A DNA stretch of 64,000 bases, taken from NCBI GenBank assembly GCA_965228855.1, contig CBDDIJ010000005.1, forward strand, positions 1,536,001 through 1,600,000, read 5' to 3'. The notes beneath the pieces are model-generated. The model made no database searches and was not told the origin of the DNA. It saw only the letters and a program-made list of their open reading frames with translations. Shown here one piece after another: positions 1 through 10,302 of this stretch. Each line of letters begins with the position of its first letter. Position 1 is the stretch's first letter. This stretch comes from Candidatus Obscuribacterales bacterium (GTDB taxonomy: Bacteria; Cyanobacteriota; Vampirovibrionia; Obscuribacterales; Obscuribacteraceae). The position numbers and the translations under genes were made by a program.

Positions 1-2
1 AA

Positions 3-1016
3 CCACAAAAACGGGGCAATTAGCTGCGGATTTTTTCGGTAGTACTTAATCAAGAATAGGCTCAAGAAAGGCGCCATCCAGACGTACCAACCAGGAGCCG
101 GCACGATCAACATCACGACGAGAGAAAACACCAGAGCGAGAAAAGCATCCAACAAATCGGTATTGATCTTCGGATAAAGTGCAAACCGTCCATACGCCAC
201 AAACAAAGCAAGAATAGGCAAATACAGCTTCAACTCACCTATGCTCGCGTACACTTCGAATAGCCTGCTTTGCTTGTGGTTCGCAAGCACGAGATGCTGA
301 AACCCCGGACTCGTGAAGTAAGGGAACACGAAAAGCAGATAGACAGCCATGCTCACGATGCCGAAATTCACAACTTGCTCGAACTTGCGGTTGCGATACA
401 GATATATTGCAATCAAGGGAAAGGCCGCGAGCACGTGGAGTTTGGTTGCCAGAGCCAGTCCATAAAGGATATACGCCGGCAAAAATTTGTTGTTCTTGAT
501 ATAGAAAAACGACGCAAACAAAAACGCTGTCGGGATCAAGTCGAGCTGCGAATGCATAAAGCAGGCATAGAGCACAATCGGCGACAAGAAGTAGAACCAG
601 ATCACATAACGCATCTGCTGAGGATGCATGCGAAAGAGAAACCATGCGATCGCACAGTCAGCGAGCAGCGTCGGCAGTTTAAACAGAAAATTGCGCAGCA
701 AGACATTGTCCCAGGTCGCAAATAGTTTCAACGGCAAACAAGACAGCGACACGATATACAGCATCAACGGCTGGTACGGAAATTCGTCCTTACGCTCGCT
801 GTGGAAATCAAAAAAGTTCCACGGATTGTCGAAGTAGTCGAGATAGTGGTGAACAAACGGAAGAAACAACTCGTTCTCAAACCCTGAAGAGAACAGGGTC
901 ATAACAACAATTTTGAGCAAAAGACAAAACACCAACAAAGCCTTGAGTCCACTCTCAAGAGAACTCAAACTCGGTCGGCTCGATTCTTTTGTTGCTAGCG
1001 CGAGACTCTGACTCAC
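3..1016 (-). CDS. Polytopic membrane glycosyltransferase-like protein (GT-C/GT87-like), runs off the left edge of the window
   Basis: Not in the ORF track. Manual translation from GTG at 1016 (MSQSLALATKESSRPS...) stays open to the window edge, with many TM segments and GT87/PIG-M-like motifs FPYQPLMLY, KLPTLLAD, SPIVLYACFMHSQLD, GLALATK. Confidence 0.7.
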   Translation of the reverse strand, partial: MSQSLALATKESSRPSLSSLESGLKALLVFCLLLKIVVMTLFSSGFENELFLPFVHHYLDYFDNPWNFFDFHSERKDEFPYQPLMLYIVSLSCLPLKLFATWDNVLLRNFLFKLPTLLADCAIAWFLFRMHPQQMRYVIWFYFLSPIVLYACFMHSQLDLIPTAFLFASFFYIKNNKFLPAYILYGLALATKLHVLAAFPLIAIYLYRNRKFEQVVNFGIVSMAVYLLFVFPYFTSPGFQHLVLANHKQSRLFEVYASIGELKLYLPILALFVAYGRFALYPKINTDLLDAFLALVFSLVVMLIVPAPGWYVWMAPFLSLFLIKYYRKNPQLIAPFLW

Positions 1017-1160
1017 GCGATTCGGCTCCCTCTTCTGTCGTCCTCACAATATTCCCCTAACTGTGGAGCAGCTTAAGATAATAAGCTTTATCAGTCAGAA
1101 TATTTAGTAATAAAGAAATTGGGGACGATAATAGTGGTCAAATCCACCCGGAGCATCTAG

Positions 1161-2975
1161 TTGTCTGGCAAAGTCTTGTTGTTCAGAGTTCTGATCTACC
1201 TTTTCGCCGTATTTTGGGGTGCGATTCAGGCCTGGAATTATCGCTTTGAGCTCTTCTTCGGAGACTCGCAAGCATACTTTGACATGGCGAATTACTACGC
1301 TCAAGGCGAGTTCAACAAGGCCGTATCGCTGTACTGGAGCCCGCTCTACCCGATGATTTCGGGCGCGATGTTCGCGCTGTTTAAACCTGACCCCTACTGG
1401 CAGTTCTTTCAAGTAAAATTCGTCAACCTGTTTTTTCTCGTAGTTTGCTTTCTGACATACGAGTTCTTCTTCGTCCAGCTTTATCGCTACTACCTCGAAG
1501 TCATTGTCAAAGCGGACCCTGAGCGACAGATCATAGATCGAAACACATTGCTGTTCAGCGGCTACGCATTACTAATTTTGTACTCGCTCTCGTTTGGAGG
1601 AGTCCACCAGGACACTCCCGACATGATTAATGCATGCACATTTTTCCTCAGCGGTGGGCTCGTTTTGCGCCTTCTCATTGAGCCGACCGTTCGTCATGCC
1701 ACCATATTCGGGGTGTCTCTTGGGCTCGGCTATCTATGCAAAGCAATCATGTTCCCAATGTCATTGATTTACGAGGTGCTAATTCTGATGCGGTTTGCGC
1801 CGCTCGGTTTCAACGTCAAAAGAAACTTTAAGTACACCGTTGTTTCCCTTGCCGTCATGTCGAGCTTCGCGGTTCCCTGGATCTGGACACTCTCGAATTA
1901 CCTCGGAGCCTTGACCTTCGGAGAAAGCGCCAAGTTTGTCTACATCAACCTGGTAGAGAACAAAGACCCGCTAACTGTCGAAGGATTGAAGCATCCGCCC
2001 CGAGTAATTTTCGAGAAGCCTCGTATCCGTGAGTACGCAACGCCCGTCAATGGAACTGTTCCATTCTTGTACGACCTCGGCTGGTGGACTTATGGTGCCA
2101 AAATTCACGTCAAAGTCTCAGACCTGGCGATGGTGATTTTGTGCGACCTGCTCTATTACTTCGAAACGTTCCTGGCTCTTCCCGCTCTCATAGCGGCATA
2201 CGTTGCCATCAAATCGCGCACCAACCCTCTCTCCTGGAAAAACGCAATCGCAACCGCCCCGATCTGGATACCGCCAGTAGCTCTGTGCGCACAATACGCC
2301 CTGGTAAACAACGTCTACATGATTCCGTACATCAATCGCTATTTCATCGCAGCTTATCCGCTGATGATGCTGGCTACATTGATAGCGCTCCGCGTTCCTC
2401 CGGACCCCGATGCCATTGTCGAAGAGAATCAATCGCAAGGCTCAAAATTGCTCGTCAGAAGAAACGTCATCAATAGCGCATGCGTCATAACCGCCGTGCT
2501 GTGCTTGGTTCTGGCAGCTCCGCGTTTCATCTATGATGTCAGCGGACTCGCACAACAACGACAAAACTCATGGTTTAAAATCGCAAAAGCCCTTGAGAGT
2601 GCTGGTATCAAATCCGGTGACCACGTCGCTCAACTAGGAGGCAGACTTCACCGCAACACTCAGTACACCGAGCCTAACAAAATCAAATTGATCGCCTCGG
2701 TTTACGACGAAGATTACTTTTGGACTCTCGACGAGAAAAAACGGGAGGAGGTTTACAGCGTACTTCGTAAAGCCGGAGCCAAAGCCCTCGTGTACGTCTG
2801 GACTCCGGATCTTGAAGACCCGATTATCACAAGAGACCTCGACATCTTTGCAAAAATCACGGGTGTGAAACTTAAGTCACCGTTTAAAGAATTTCCACTC
2901 CCTGCCAATCCGACCGGCTGGACGGAAGTTCCCGGCACGCAAGCATCCTTCTACATCCTCGGCAGCGGTGAGTGA
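1161..2975 (+). CDS. GT-C fold membrane glycosyltransferase-like protein (paralogue 1)
   Basis: 604 aa, multi-TM; first-loop DSQAYFD, YWSPLYP, DTPD and LGYLCKA motifs shared with 2972..4693 and 16904..18577. Confidence 0.7.
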   Translation: MSGKVLLFRVLIYLFAVFWGAIQAWNYRFELFFGDSQAYFDMANYYAQGEFNKAVSLYWSPLYPMISGAMFALFKPDPYWQFFQVKFVNLFFLVVCFLTYEFFFVQLYRYYLEVIVKADPERQIIDRNTLLFSGYALLILYSLSFGGVHQDTPDMINACTFFLSGGLVLRLLIEPTVRHATIFGVSLGLGYLCKAIMFPMSLIYEVLILMRFAPLGFNVKRNFKYTVVSLAVMSSFAVPWIWTLSNYLGALTFGESAKFVYINLVENKDPLTVEGLKHPPRVIFEKPRIREYATPVNGTVPFLYDLGWWTYGAKIHVKVSDLAMVILCDLLYYFETFLALPALIAAYVAIKSRTNPLSWKNAIATAPIWIPPVALCAQYALVNNVYMIPYINRYFIAAYPLMMLATLIALRVPPDPDAIVEENQSQGSKLLVRRNVINSACVITAVLCLVLAAPRFIYDVSGLAQQRQNSWFKIAKALESAGIKSGDHVAQLGGRLHRNTQYTEPNKIKLIASVYDEDYFWTLDEKKREEVYSVLRKAGAKALVYVWTPDLEDPIITRDLDIFAKITGVKLKSPFKEFPLPANPTGWTEVPGTQASFYILGSGE

Positions 2976-4693
2976 GGATGACAAACACTTCGAGAACCGC
3001 GACAAAAAGCGAGACGACACTCGTCGGTTGTCTCGTTGCAGCCGGTCTGGTCGTGGGTCTTATCCAAAGTATCACCTGGGTTACTCGAGTTGGCTGGGAC
3101 ACCGTTTCATACCTTGACCTTGCAGATTTGATTCGTCACGGCAACTTCCAGGAGGCCCTAAGTCCCTACTGGAGCCCACTCTATCCAATCCTAATTGCCA
3201 TCGCAAAAACATTCGCACCCGCTTTAGAAGTAGAACGAACAGTTATCTGCGTGCTTCAGTACATCTTCCTGATGCTCTACCTGGGCGCATCATGCCGCTT
3301 TTGGTCAGCCGTCCTGAAGGCGCAGAGCCGACTGAGCAACGAAGAAGAAACCACTCGCCTGCCTCGCCTTCCACAAATCGCTCTCATGGGAAGTTTGACC
3401 CTACTTTCCTGCCTGGCAGTTGGAGATGTCGCCGTCAAGGGACCGGACATGTTGTCGGCGGCGATCTATCTGACAGCCAATGCGCTAATTGTCACGTGTC
3501 TTTATCAAACACCATCCGTTGCTAGAGCCGCCCGCATCGGCTGCTTCATGGGACTGGCGTACCTTGCGAAGGCATTTTTTGTTAGCTGGGTTTTCCCTTG
3601 CGTTGCGCTGCTAGCGGTTTTTCGCAAAGACTATAATCTGACCTGGAAGCACCTGATTGCTTTAACGATTTCGATGCTTACAACGATGGCACTATATGTG
3701 GTGCCGCTATCTTTAAAACTGGGACATCTATCTTTTGGAGAGTCAGGCAAGTATCAAATTGTATTCTCTTCTAATGAACACATTCTGCCTATGGTACCGA
3801 TGGTGCATGGGTCGATACGCACGAAACATCCTGCCGCGATTCTGTTTCAGACGCCTGTCGTTTACGAGTTCGAAAAGCCATTCGATGTTTCCTATCCGCC
3901 CTGGTTCGATCCGCATTATTGGAACGACGGCATCGACTTAAAAATTGACTGGAAGCGGTACGACGAACTTTTAGTCGACAAAATTGTTTCACTCTTCTTC
4001 AGCTTTGTATTTTTCCTTTCGGTGCTCAAAATCGGTTTGAGTTTTTCTGCACGAAAGTTAGTTCCGTACTCGATACAGGAACTGAAAAGGACTTCTCCGG
4101 TGTGGCTGACGGCGTGCGCATGCAGCTCGCTATATATATTTATGTCGGCAGCAGTGAGCCGTTACTTTATGGGTTTTATACCAACAATGGCGGCGGCGAT
4201 TTTCCTCGCCTACAAAAGCCCAGACACAGAGCCAGTGGCTAAGCGCGAGCGACGCTGCCTCTGGTTTGTGACCGCACTCATACTGGTCGCATTCACACTC
4301 AAATCGCTTATGCACATTTATTTTTTTGTTCCAAAACTTGCCGAGAAAAATTCGCCTGACGCTCACTCCGCAATTGTTCAGAAACTCAAAGAACTCGGAA
4401 TTAAACCTCACGACAAGATAATGCGCGTCGCCCCCAACGAGGGCGGAGAATATTACTGGGCACATCTTGCCGACATACGCGTCGTTGCTGAATGTGCGTC
4501 GCCTGGAGAATTCTTGAGCATGAGCGCCACAAATGGAAATGAACTGGACGCCATCCTTCGCAGCAAGAAGATCAAGGCTATCGTACTGGATCGCACTAAC
4601 CGCAAACCCGGCGAGACCGCTCCAGCACCCACGAGCGCAGCTTGGCAGAATGTCCCGGGTACGAAATCTTATGTTCGTTTGGTGCCTCAATGA
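2972..4693 (+). CDS. GT-C fold membrane glycosyltransferase-like protein (paralogue 2)
   Basis: 573 aa, GTGA overlap with the upstream gene (alternative ATG at 2978); DTVSYLD, YWSPLYP, GPDM, LAYLAKA, YPPWFDPHYW, WQNVPGT. Confidence 0.7.
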   Translation: MRMTNTSRTATKSETTLVGCLVAAGLVVGLIQSITWVTRVGWDTVSYLDLADLIRHGNFQEALSPYWSPLYPILIAIAKTFAPALEVERTVICVLQYIFLMLYLGASCRFWSAVLKAQSRLSNEEETTRLPRLPQIALMGSLTLLSCLAVGDVAVKGPDMLSAAIYLTANALIVTCLYQTPSVARAARIGCFMGLAYLAKAFFVSWVFPCVALLAVFRKDYNLTWKHLIALTISMLTTMALYVVPLSLKLGHLSFGESGKYQIVFSSNEHILPMVPMVHGSIRTKHPAAILFQTPVVYEFEKPFDVSYPPWFDPHYWNDGIDLKIDWKRYDELLVDKIVSLFFSFVFFLSVLKIGLSFSARKLVPYSIQELKRTSPVWLTACACSSLYIFMSAAVSRYFMGFIPTMAAAIFLAYKSPDTEPVAKRERRCLWFVTALILVAFTLKSLMHIYFFVPKLAEKNSPDAHSAIVQKLKELGIKPHDKIMRVAPNEGGEYYWAHLADIRVVAECASPGEFLSMSATNGNELDAILRSKKIKAIVLDRTNRKPGETAPAPTSAAWQNVPGTKSYVRLVPQ

Positions 4694-5535
4694 AAGAACG
4701 AAGAGCAAGCAAAACTGCTGAAGGCGTCGCACTTTTGAGAGCGATTGAAACAACTCGCCCTCCTGAAAAACGACTGGTATACGACCCCTTCGCGCGCTAC
4801 ATGGTCAACGGCATCAATCTGATGTTCAGCAAACTTTGGGTCGACTTTGGACTTTATGATCTTTCATGGCATGGTGCCTACGAGTACGTAGTCGCGCGAG
4901 AGCGTTACATCGATGGTCTGCTTAAACAGGCTCTGACTGACGGTTTCAAACAAATTGTTCTGCTCGGCGCCGGTTTCGATATGAGAGCTTTTCGCATAGA
5001 GGAAATCGAGAAAGCACTTGTTTTTGAAGTCGACCATCCCGCCACTCAAGCCGCGAAACTCGAGAAACTGAAAAAGCTTTTCAATCCGATTCGCGAAAAT
5101 ATTAAATTCGTATCCATCGATTTCAACACTCAAACCCTGGAGGACCGCCTCGCGGTCAACGGTTTCGACGAATCCGAAAGAACTTTCTTTATATGGCAAG
5201 GCGTGACTATGTACTTGACCGCACAGGGCGTCGAATCAACACTTAAGTTCATCACCCAGCACTCTAAACCAGGAAGTCGAGTGGTTTTCGACTATTTCAC
5301 AACGGAGCTGATGGAACGAAGCGCGGCGATTAGGTGGACGAAACCGCTACTAAAGCTGCTTGGCGAATCGCTCGACTTTTCTATTGAAGATGGCGAGTTG
5401 GAACGGTACCTGGGCGATCGCGGTTTCACCCATGTGGAAAACGCTGACTCAGAAACCTTGACGCGGCTCTACTTCGCCGGAACCGGCAAGACCGTAGCAC
5501 AAGGTATCGCAATTGCGTCCGGCACAGTCGCATGA
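4690..5535 (+). CDS. SAM-dependent methyltransferase, leucine carboxyl methyltransferase (LCM/YktD) family
   Basis: ATGA overlap at 4690; SKTAEGVALLRA, DPFA, QIVLLGAGFDMR, FEVDHP and WQGVTMYL motifs. Confidence 0.88.
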   Translation: MKERRASKTAEGVALLRAIETTRPPEKRLVYDPFARYMVNGINLMFSKLWVDFGLYDLSWHGAYEYVVARERYIDGLLKQALTDGFKQIVLLGAGFDMRAFRIEEIEKALVFEVDHPATQAAKLEKLKKLFNPIRENIKFVSIDFNTQTLEDRLAVNGFDESERTFFIWQGVTMYLTAQGVESTLKFITQHSKPGSRVVFDYFTTELMERSAAIRWTKPLLKLLGESLDFSIEDGELERYLGDRGFTHVENADSETLTRLYFAGTGKTVAQGIAIASGTVA

Positions 5536-5563
5536 GTGCCTAAATTCTCTTCCCGCATCACGC

Positions 5564-5776
5564 TCAAGCGGCGCGCAATTCATCGACACCTATGAGCCGC
5601 AGCACTTCTACGATCGGAATGCCAGCGGTCTCGCCGTCATTTATATAGGACAACCGACCGTCCTTCACCATTTGCCAAATTCTACGCTCGGAAACCATGC
5701 CACCAGTCATCTGGCTGGCACCTTGGACTGACAACAACTCATTTGACTGACCATCAATAAGGCTGAGATTTACCAT
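5564..5776 (-). CDS. Small protein (70 aa), possible excisionase-like/HTH_17 DNA-binding domain
   Basis: AGGAG RBS before ATG 5776; LLSVQGASQMTGGMVSERRIWQMVKDGRL resembles the LLTxxEAAxxLGVSxxTIYRxIxxGxL pattern. Confidence 0.5.
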   Translation of the reverse strand: MVNLSLIDGQSNELLSVQGASQMTGGMVSERRIWQMVKDGRLSYINDGETAGIPIVEVLRLIGVDELRAA

Positions 5777-6070
5777 TGTGGCTACTCCTGTTTTTCGTCC
5801 GTTTCTCACGTAGCGTACATTTCTAATAGCAATGCCTCGTGAAAGATTAAATCTGTAAGTGTGCCACCCGTCAGCGCCCAAGAAACCAAGAGGGACGTGA
5901 AAGGTTCGCACTGACACCAAATACAGTGTCAAAACCTACCCCATAAATCCAAACTTGCAAACTATTTGCAAGGATTTAATGTTCATTTCGTTAGCGCAAA
6001 GGCAAATCCTGGCTTAATCTTTATATGGTCCGAAAGATACGAGCAAGATAGTTTTTGCCAATTTCGAATT

Positions 6071-6592
6071 ATGTGCGCATCAACAAAACCAACCTTTCAA
6101 ATTGTTCCGGTCGACCCAAATGCCGCTCAGCGTCATTTGCGCGACTTGCTTTCAAGTCTCGACAAGGACTTTCCCTACACGCCGGCAATTGACGACTACT
6201 GTGAACGCGCCGGCACCGCGGAGTCAACCACCGTCATCGCCAAAAGCGGCGACAAGGTCGTTGGAGCCGCCTTCATGGAGCCCCTGAGCGATGACACCAA
6301 CGAGATGGTAGTCATCGCCGTGGACGCAAACTTTCAGCGCTGCGGAATCGGTTCCGCGCTAGCTAAGACATTGGAAGAACTAACGCGCCGGTCTGGAAAG
6401 AGCTTCCTGTTTTCAAGAGCGATTGGACCGAGCCAGAAGGTCGCAGACGACATCAAAGGTTTTCAATTTTTGAAGAAAAACAGCTTCTATTTCGTCAAAG
6501 AATTTCCAACTCTCTGGGAGGGTTATCCCTGCGCCTTTTTGTTCAAACCGTTACCGTCGGCACCTCCAACCAGCTCCTATGACTACCGCTGA
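6071..6592 (+). CDS. GNAT N-acetyltransferase
   Basis: Acetyl-CoA motif A IAVDANFQRCGIGSAL; start chosen at ATG 6071. Confidence 0.8.
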   Translation: MCASTKPTFQIVPVDPNAAQRHLRDLLSSLDKDFPYTPAIDDYCERAGTAESTTVIAKSGDKVVGAAFMEPLSDDTNEMVVIAVDANFQRCGIGSALAKTLEELTRRSGKSFLFSRAIGPSQKVADDIKGFQFLKKNSFYFVKEFPTLWEGYPCAFLFKPLPSAPPTSSYDYR

Positions 6593-7085
6593 AATCGTCG
6601 ACCTTAAGGGCCTGCCGTTCGAGCTTCGCCGCCTTCAGAACAACTCTGGCAGTTCAGCCGTCAGACACGTTCTGAGAACCCTGCCGATGTACTTCGGCGA
6701 TAAACGCGCAATTCCGTTCTATAGCGAGCAAGCGTCCGCCGTCAAAAACTATTCGCTCGGCGCGTACTTAAAAGCCAGACAGGTTGGCATCGTAGTTCTT
6801 CGCTCAAGCACTGATGACACGGGCGAAATCGCCGTGCTTGCAATCGTCCCCGAGCATCAATCCGTTGGACTTGGAACCATTCTGCTCGACCGAGCGGAAC
6901 AAGAGGCTATCCGCCGCGGTCACAAGTGCATCATCGCAGCAACCGTCGGACCGAAGCAGAAAGATCCAAATTTCATGCGCACTCTGCGCTTCTACGAACG
7001 ACACAATTACAGAATGCTAGCCGAATTCGACTACATGTGGCCCGGCGTCTGGTGCGCATATTTAGTGAAGCAATTAGGCGATTAG
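6579..7085 (+). CDS. GNAT N-acetyltransferase (tandem paralogue)
   Basis: LAIVPEHQSVGLGTIL and FYERHNY motifs; C-terminal W-x-G-x-x-CA-x-L-x-K shared with the upstream GNAT. Confidence 0.82.
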   Translation: MTTAEIVDLKGLPFELRRLQNNSGSSAVRHVLRTLPMYFGDKRAIPFYSEQASAVKNYSLGAYLKARQVGIVVLRSSTDDTGEIAVLAIVPEHQSVGLGTILLDRAEQEAIRRGHKCIIAATVGPKQKDPNFMRTLRFYERHNYRMLAEFDYMWPGVWCAYLVKQLGD

Positions 7086-7187
7086 GGTTAGTCTCGCAGT
7101 TCAGCAGGTTAAGCGTTTCGGAGCACAAAAAGTGTCACGAATGAAAACAAGAGCTATCGAATCGAAAAAGCCGAGAATCAGTTTCGG

Positions 7188-8414
7188 CTATCTGAGTCCA
7201 GACTCTTCGGTTGCGAATAAGTCGCGTCGCCTCGCAACAAAGACCGTCAGCCCCAGACCGTATAGCAGCAGCAAGACGAAATTAGGATTGATCACCCCGC
7301 CCGGTCCTGCCTCCGGTTGAAGGTACGAGTAATGAACGAGTATCGACATCGGCATCAGGTAAATGAGCGCCCCGAGCATGCCCGCCAGCATAAAGGGTGC
7401 CGGAATCTGCTTCTGAATATCAGCGCGCAACACGACGATGATGGTCGGCAATAACAGAACAAGATCGTAAGAGAAGAAATACAAACAGCTTGCCAATCCC
7501 AAAGGAAGTGCCACCAGGAGGCTGGCTTCCATCCATTGCGCAGCTTTAGACAGCAATCGCCCAAGCAATGTAATCACCGCCAGTGATACCACCAAAAATC
7601 CGGCACTAACTGCCGCAGTCATGCCGGCCGCATCCGGAAAGATTCGCAGCATCTGCCCTCGCAAACTTGGGCTTAGATCAGAGACGAGAAAACGGGTGTC
7701 ATTGACCGTCGATGCCATGAGCGAAGAATAGTTTCGTATTCCATCCACTCCAACTGCCGCACAACCGACAACCGCTACCAGAGAGGCAATCGCAGCAAAT
7801 CGCAGAACCAGCTTCCACTTTCCTGCTCCGAGCAAAAAAACAATCAACGGCAAAAGCTCCTGCGGTTTCAAAAACATGAGAGCCAAACCAAAAGCTGACA
7901 GCCATTGATTGTCTCTCTTAACACCATAAACATAGAGAGACAGTCCGAACAGTAAAACCGTCGCCAGCTGATCGATGCGCAAAGCCTCATACGTAGCACC
8001 TGACAGCGCAGTGACCGCGACGAGATAAAGCACCCCAACTCTGGTTAGTGAAAACGCCTTCGACAACAAGACGACACTTGCAACGAGCGCCGAAATCAGG
8101 ATTAGCTTCCAGACATAAATAGCTGCCGGAAGAGGAATTAAACCGACAGGAATTATCCATGCCATCGCAAATGGTGGCACGAAAAATCCGACTATGCGAC
8201 CATTCAACTCCGGAAAGAAGTTCTGCTCCACCACCGAGAACGTCTTCAAATCGTATATTTGAGCGCCCGTTCCTGACAGGATCATTTTCGCAGCGGAATA
8301 ATACTCAGGGAAGTCGCTAAAAGCACCAAACGCTGGAAAAGACAGGGCAAGCAGAACAACCAGCATGCCGACCGCGAAGACGACGTAAATGATTGGCATA
8401 ATCATTTTGTTCAT
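7188..8414 (-). CDS. Glycosyltransferase family 87 (DUF2029-like) membrane protein
   Basis: SDFPEYYSAA, FFVPPF, DQL, KPQ, SLRG and YDLVLL motifs; multi-TM. Confidence 0.78.
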   Translation of the reverse strand: MNKMIMPIIYVVFAVGMLVVLLALSFPAFGAFSDFPEYYSAAKMILSGTGAQIYDLKTFSVVEQNFFPELNGRIVGFFVPPFAMAWIIPVGLIPLPAAIYVWKLILISALVASVVLLSKAFSLTRVGVLYLVAVTALSGATYEALRIDQLATVLLFGLSLYVYGVKRDNQWLSAFGLALMFLKPQELLPLIVFLLGAGKWKLVLRFAAIASLVAVVGCAAVGVDGIRNYSSLMASTVNDTRFLVSDLSPSLRGQMLRIFPDAAGMTAAVSAGFLVVSLAVITLLGRLLSKAAQWMEASLLVALPLGLASCLYFFSYDLVLLLPTIIVVLRADIQKQIPAPFMLAGMLGALIYLMPMSILVHYSYLQPEAGPGGVINPNFVLLLLYGLGLTVFVARRRDLFATEESGLR

Positions 8415-8457
8415 CGCTGTCCTTATACCGCTTCCGTTTCGTTTTCGCTTTTAAAAC

Positions 8458-9030
8458 TCACTGCACAGGCGCACTTTCGTCCGGCAGTTTCGACAGAAGA
8501 TCCGTGCAACCATCCTGAATGCACTCAAGCAACTCGTGCCCGAATCCCTCTTCGATAAACTTCGGCTTCGACAAATCCTGTGATGTCGGCCAACCCTTCC
8601 ATTCACTGCCGCGGAAAAGCGTGGAAGCGGAATTGGCGATTTTTCCAGTGGTCAAGTCCACCAACTTCATATTCACATTGATTTTAAACGCTTTGTTCGC
8701 AGCTTCTATCTCTTGTTGCGTAGCGCCTTCCTGAATCGGCGCAAAATTCACGACTATAGCGCTAATCACGACAAACTGGGGCGCCTTGTCCGCAGCTTTC
8801 GAATCCTTGGTTTTTACTTCGACTTTCTTGGTCGATGCAAGCCCCTTCTCCTGAGCGACTTGAACCCACTTGGTCAACGCAATTGACTCGGTTCGATCGG
8901 AGGGCAATTTATCAATTAGAGGGTCCTGAACACTCAAGATAGGCGACGCGAAAACAGCACCACCAGCCACAGTTGACGCACAGGACATCCAAAGTCCAAT
9001 CAAAATTGATCGCACGAAAAGTTTACTCAC
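8458..9030 (-). CDS. Hypothetical exported protein
   Basis: 190 aa with signal-peptide-like N-terminus, in an apparent operon with its neighbours. Confidence 0.65.
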   Translation of the reverse strand: MSKLFVRSILIGLWMSCASTVAGGAVFASPILSVQDPLIDKLPSDRTESIALTKWVQVAQEKGLASTKKVEVKTKDSKAADKAPQFVVISAIVVNFAPIQEGATQQEIEAANKAFKINVNMKLVDLTTGKIANSASTLFRGSEWKGWPTSQDLSKPKFIEEGFGHELLECIQDGCTDLLSKLPDESAPVQ

Positions 9031-9047
9031 ACCACAACCCTTATCTT

Positions 9048-10217
9048 TCAGGAAACCGTATTACGTGCTTGAAGCAGATAAGGCATTATACTCTCTCTCT
9101 GAAACTTCTCTCTGAAGCGCCAGAAAAAGGCGTCCTGATAGTAGTGCACATTCGCCAGTCCAAAGTAGATTCCGAGGAAGAAGCGATACTGCTCGCTGTC
9201 CATGGAGAAGTTCAAAGCGTAAGCGCGATTTATCGTGAAGAACAGAGCGGTCGCGACGCAAAGGACGGTCATCAATGCGATCGCGCCGCATGGAATGTCG
9301 GCTCGTCGCTCGGGGTCTTTGTATTTTTCCCTGACGAGAATTACGTTTAAGCCGATGTATTGAAACCAATGCATCGTGCCTGGAATCAGCCACAGCGTCT
9401 CAATTCGCTGGCCGGGAATAACGAAGGGGACGAAGTAAAGTGCTGAAGCCACCCAGAACATCAGGGCAGGCACATTGATCCTCGCTCCTCGCGCTACCTG
9501 ACGACGCATGTCGAGCGCATAGCGACCGACATCGTAGAGTGCCAGACCACCTAGACCGATCAGCACGCCGACCATCCACGTCTCAAGTGGTTTGGGCGCC
9601 GGAAGCGGAGGCATCAGACCACCAGTGGTGGCGGCTATGGTGCTGGGATTGTTGAAGTAGGACAGGAAAAACATCGTCGTGAAAAACACGGCTGGTGACC
9701 ACAGGCTGCGTAACAACAAGTTTCGATCGGGCAATGCCTCATTGTTGTTTTTGTTGTGATACAAGAGCGTCACGCCAAAGTTCTGCTGAACGAAGTGCTG
9801 CACACTCCAGGCTGTTGCAATTAAAAATCCAATCGCCGGCGTATAGACGTTCAAAACGATCGAAGCGATGAAGACTAGCAGCGGAGCAGCAAAGTAAAAG
9901 AAAAGGCGCTTGTTGTCCGCCGTCCAGTGCTCGCGGTTTTTCTTATCAAAGTAGAAAAACCAGGTCGGTCCCTGATGCGCAGGTCCAACTCCGAAAGCGT
10001 TGATTAAGAGCAAGAACAAGATTCCAGTGCCCATCGCCGGGAAGTTCTGGATCAAAACCGAAGCCGCGACCGCCACTAAAATCGGACCAAAAAACCAGAA
10101 CAAGTCAAAATTTCTGCTAGCCATCCACGGGTAAACAAACAGCTGTCCCACCAGGTTCTCCGATTTCGGCTCCTGAGGTTCACGCGATTTTGCAGCTGCT
10201 GGCAGTGATGTAGTCAT
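9048..10217 (-). CDS. Uncharacterised integral membrane protein with His motifs
   Basis: 389 aa, multi-TM; HQGPTW, WSVQHFVQQNFG, HWFQY, HYYQD. Confidence 0.75.
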   Translation of the reverse strand: MTTSLPAAAKSREPQEPKSENLVGQLFVYPWMASRNFDLFWFFGPILVAVAASVLIQNFPAMGTGILFLLLINAFGVGPAHQGPTWFFYFDKKNREHWTADNKRLFFYFAAPLLVFIASIVLNVYTPAIGFLIATAWSVQHFVQQNFGVTLLYHNKNNNEALPDRNLLLRSLWSPAVFFTTMFFLSYFNNPSTIAATTGGLMPPLPAPKPLETWMVGVLIGLGGLALYDVGRYALDMRRQVARGARINVPALMFWVASALYFVPFVIPGQRIETLWLIPGTMHWFQYIGLNVILVREKYKDPERRADIPCGAIALMTVLCVATALFFTINRAYALNFSMDSEQYRFFLGIYFGLANVHYYQDAFFWRFREKFQRESIMPYLLQARNTVS

Positions 10218-10302
10218 GGCTTCGAATAGTTAGTAAACGGATACTAGGTTTATACCCAGGGGACTCGAACAGTATAAGAACGTAGCCGATAAGTTACGTT
10301 AA

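Noticed and set aside
235..837. Track ORFs 235..645, 270..725 and 628..837
   Set aside because: They overlap the longer minus-strand membrane-protein frame 3..1016, which runs off the window edge.
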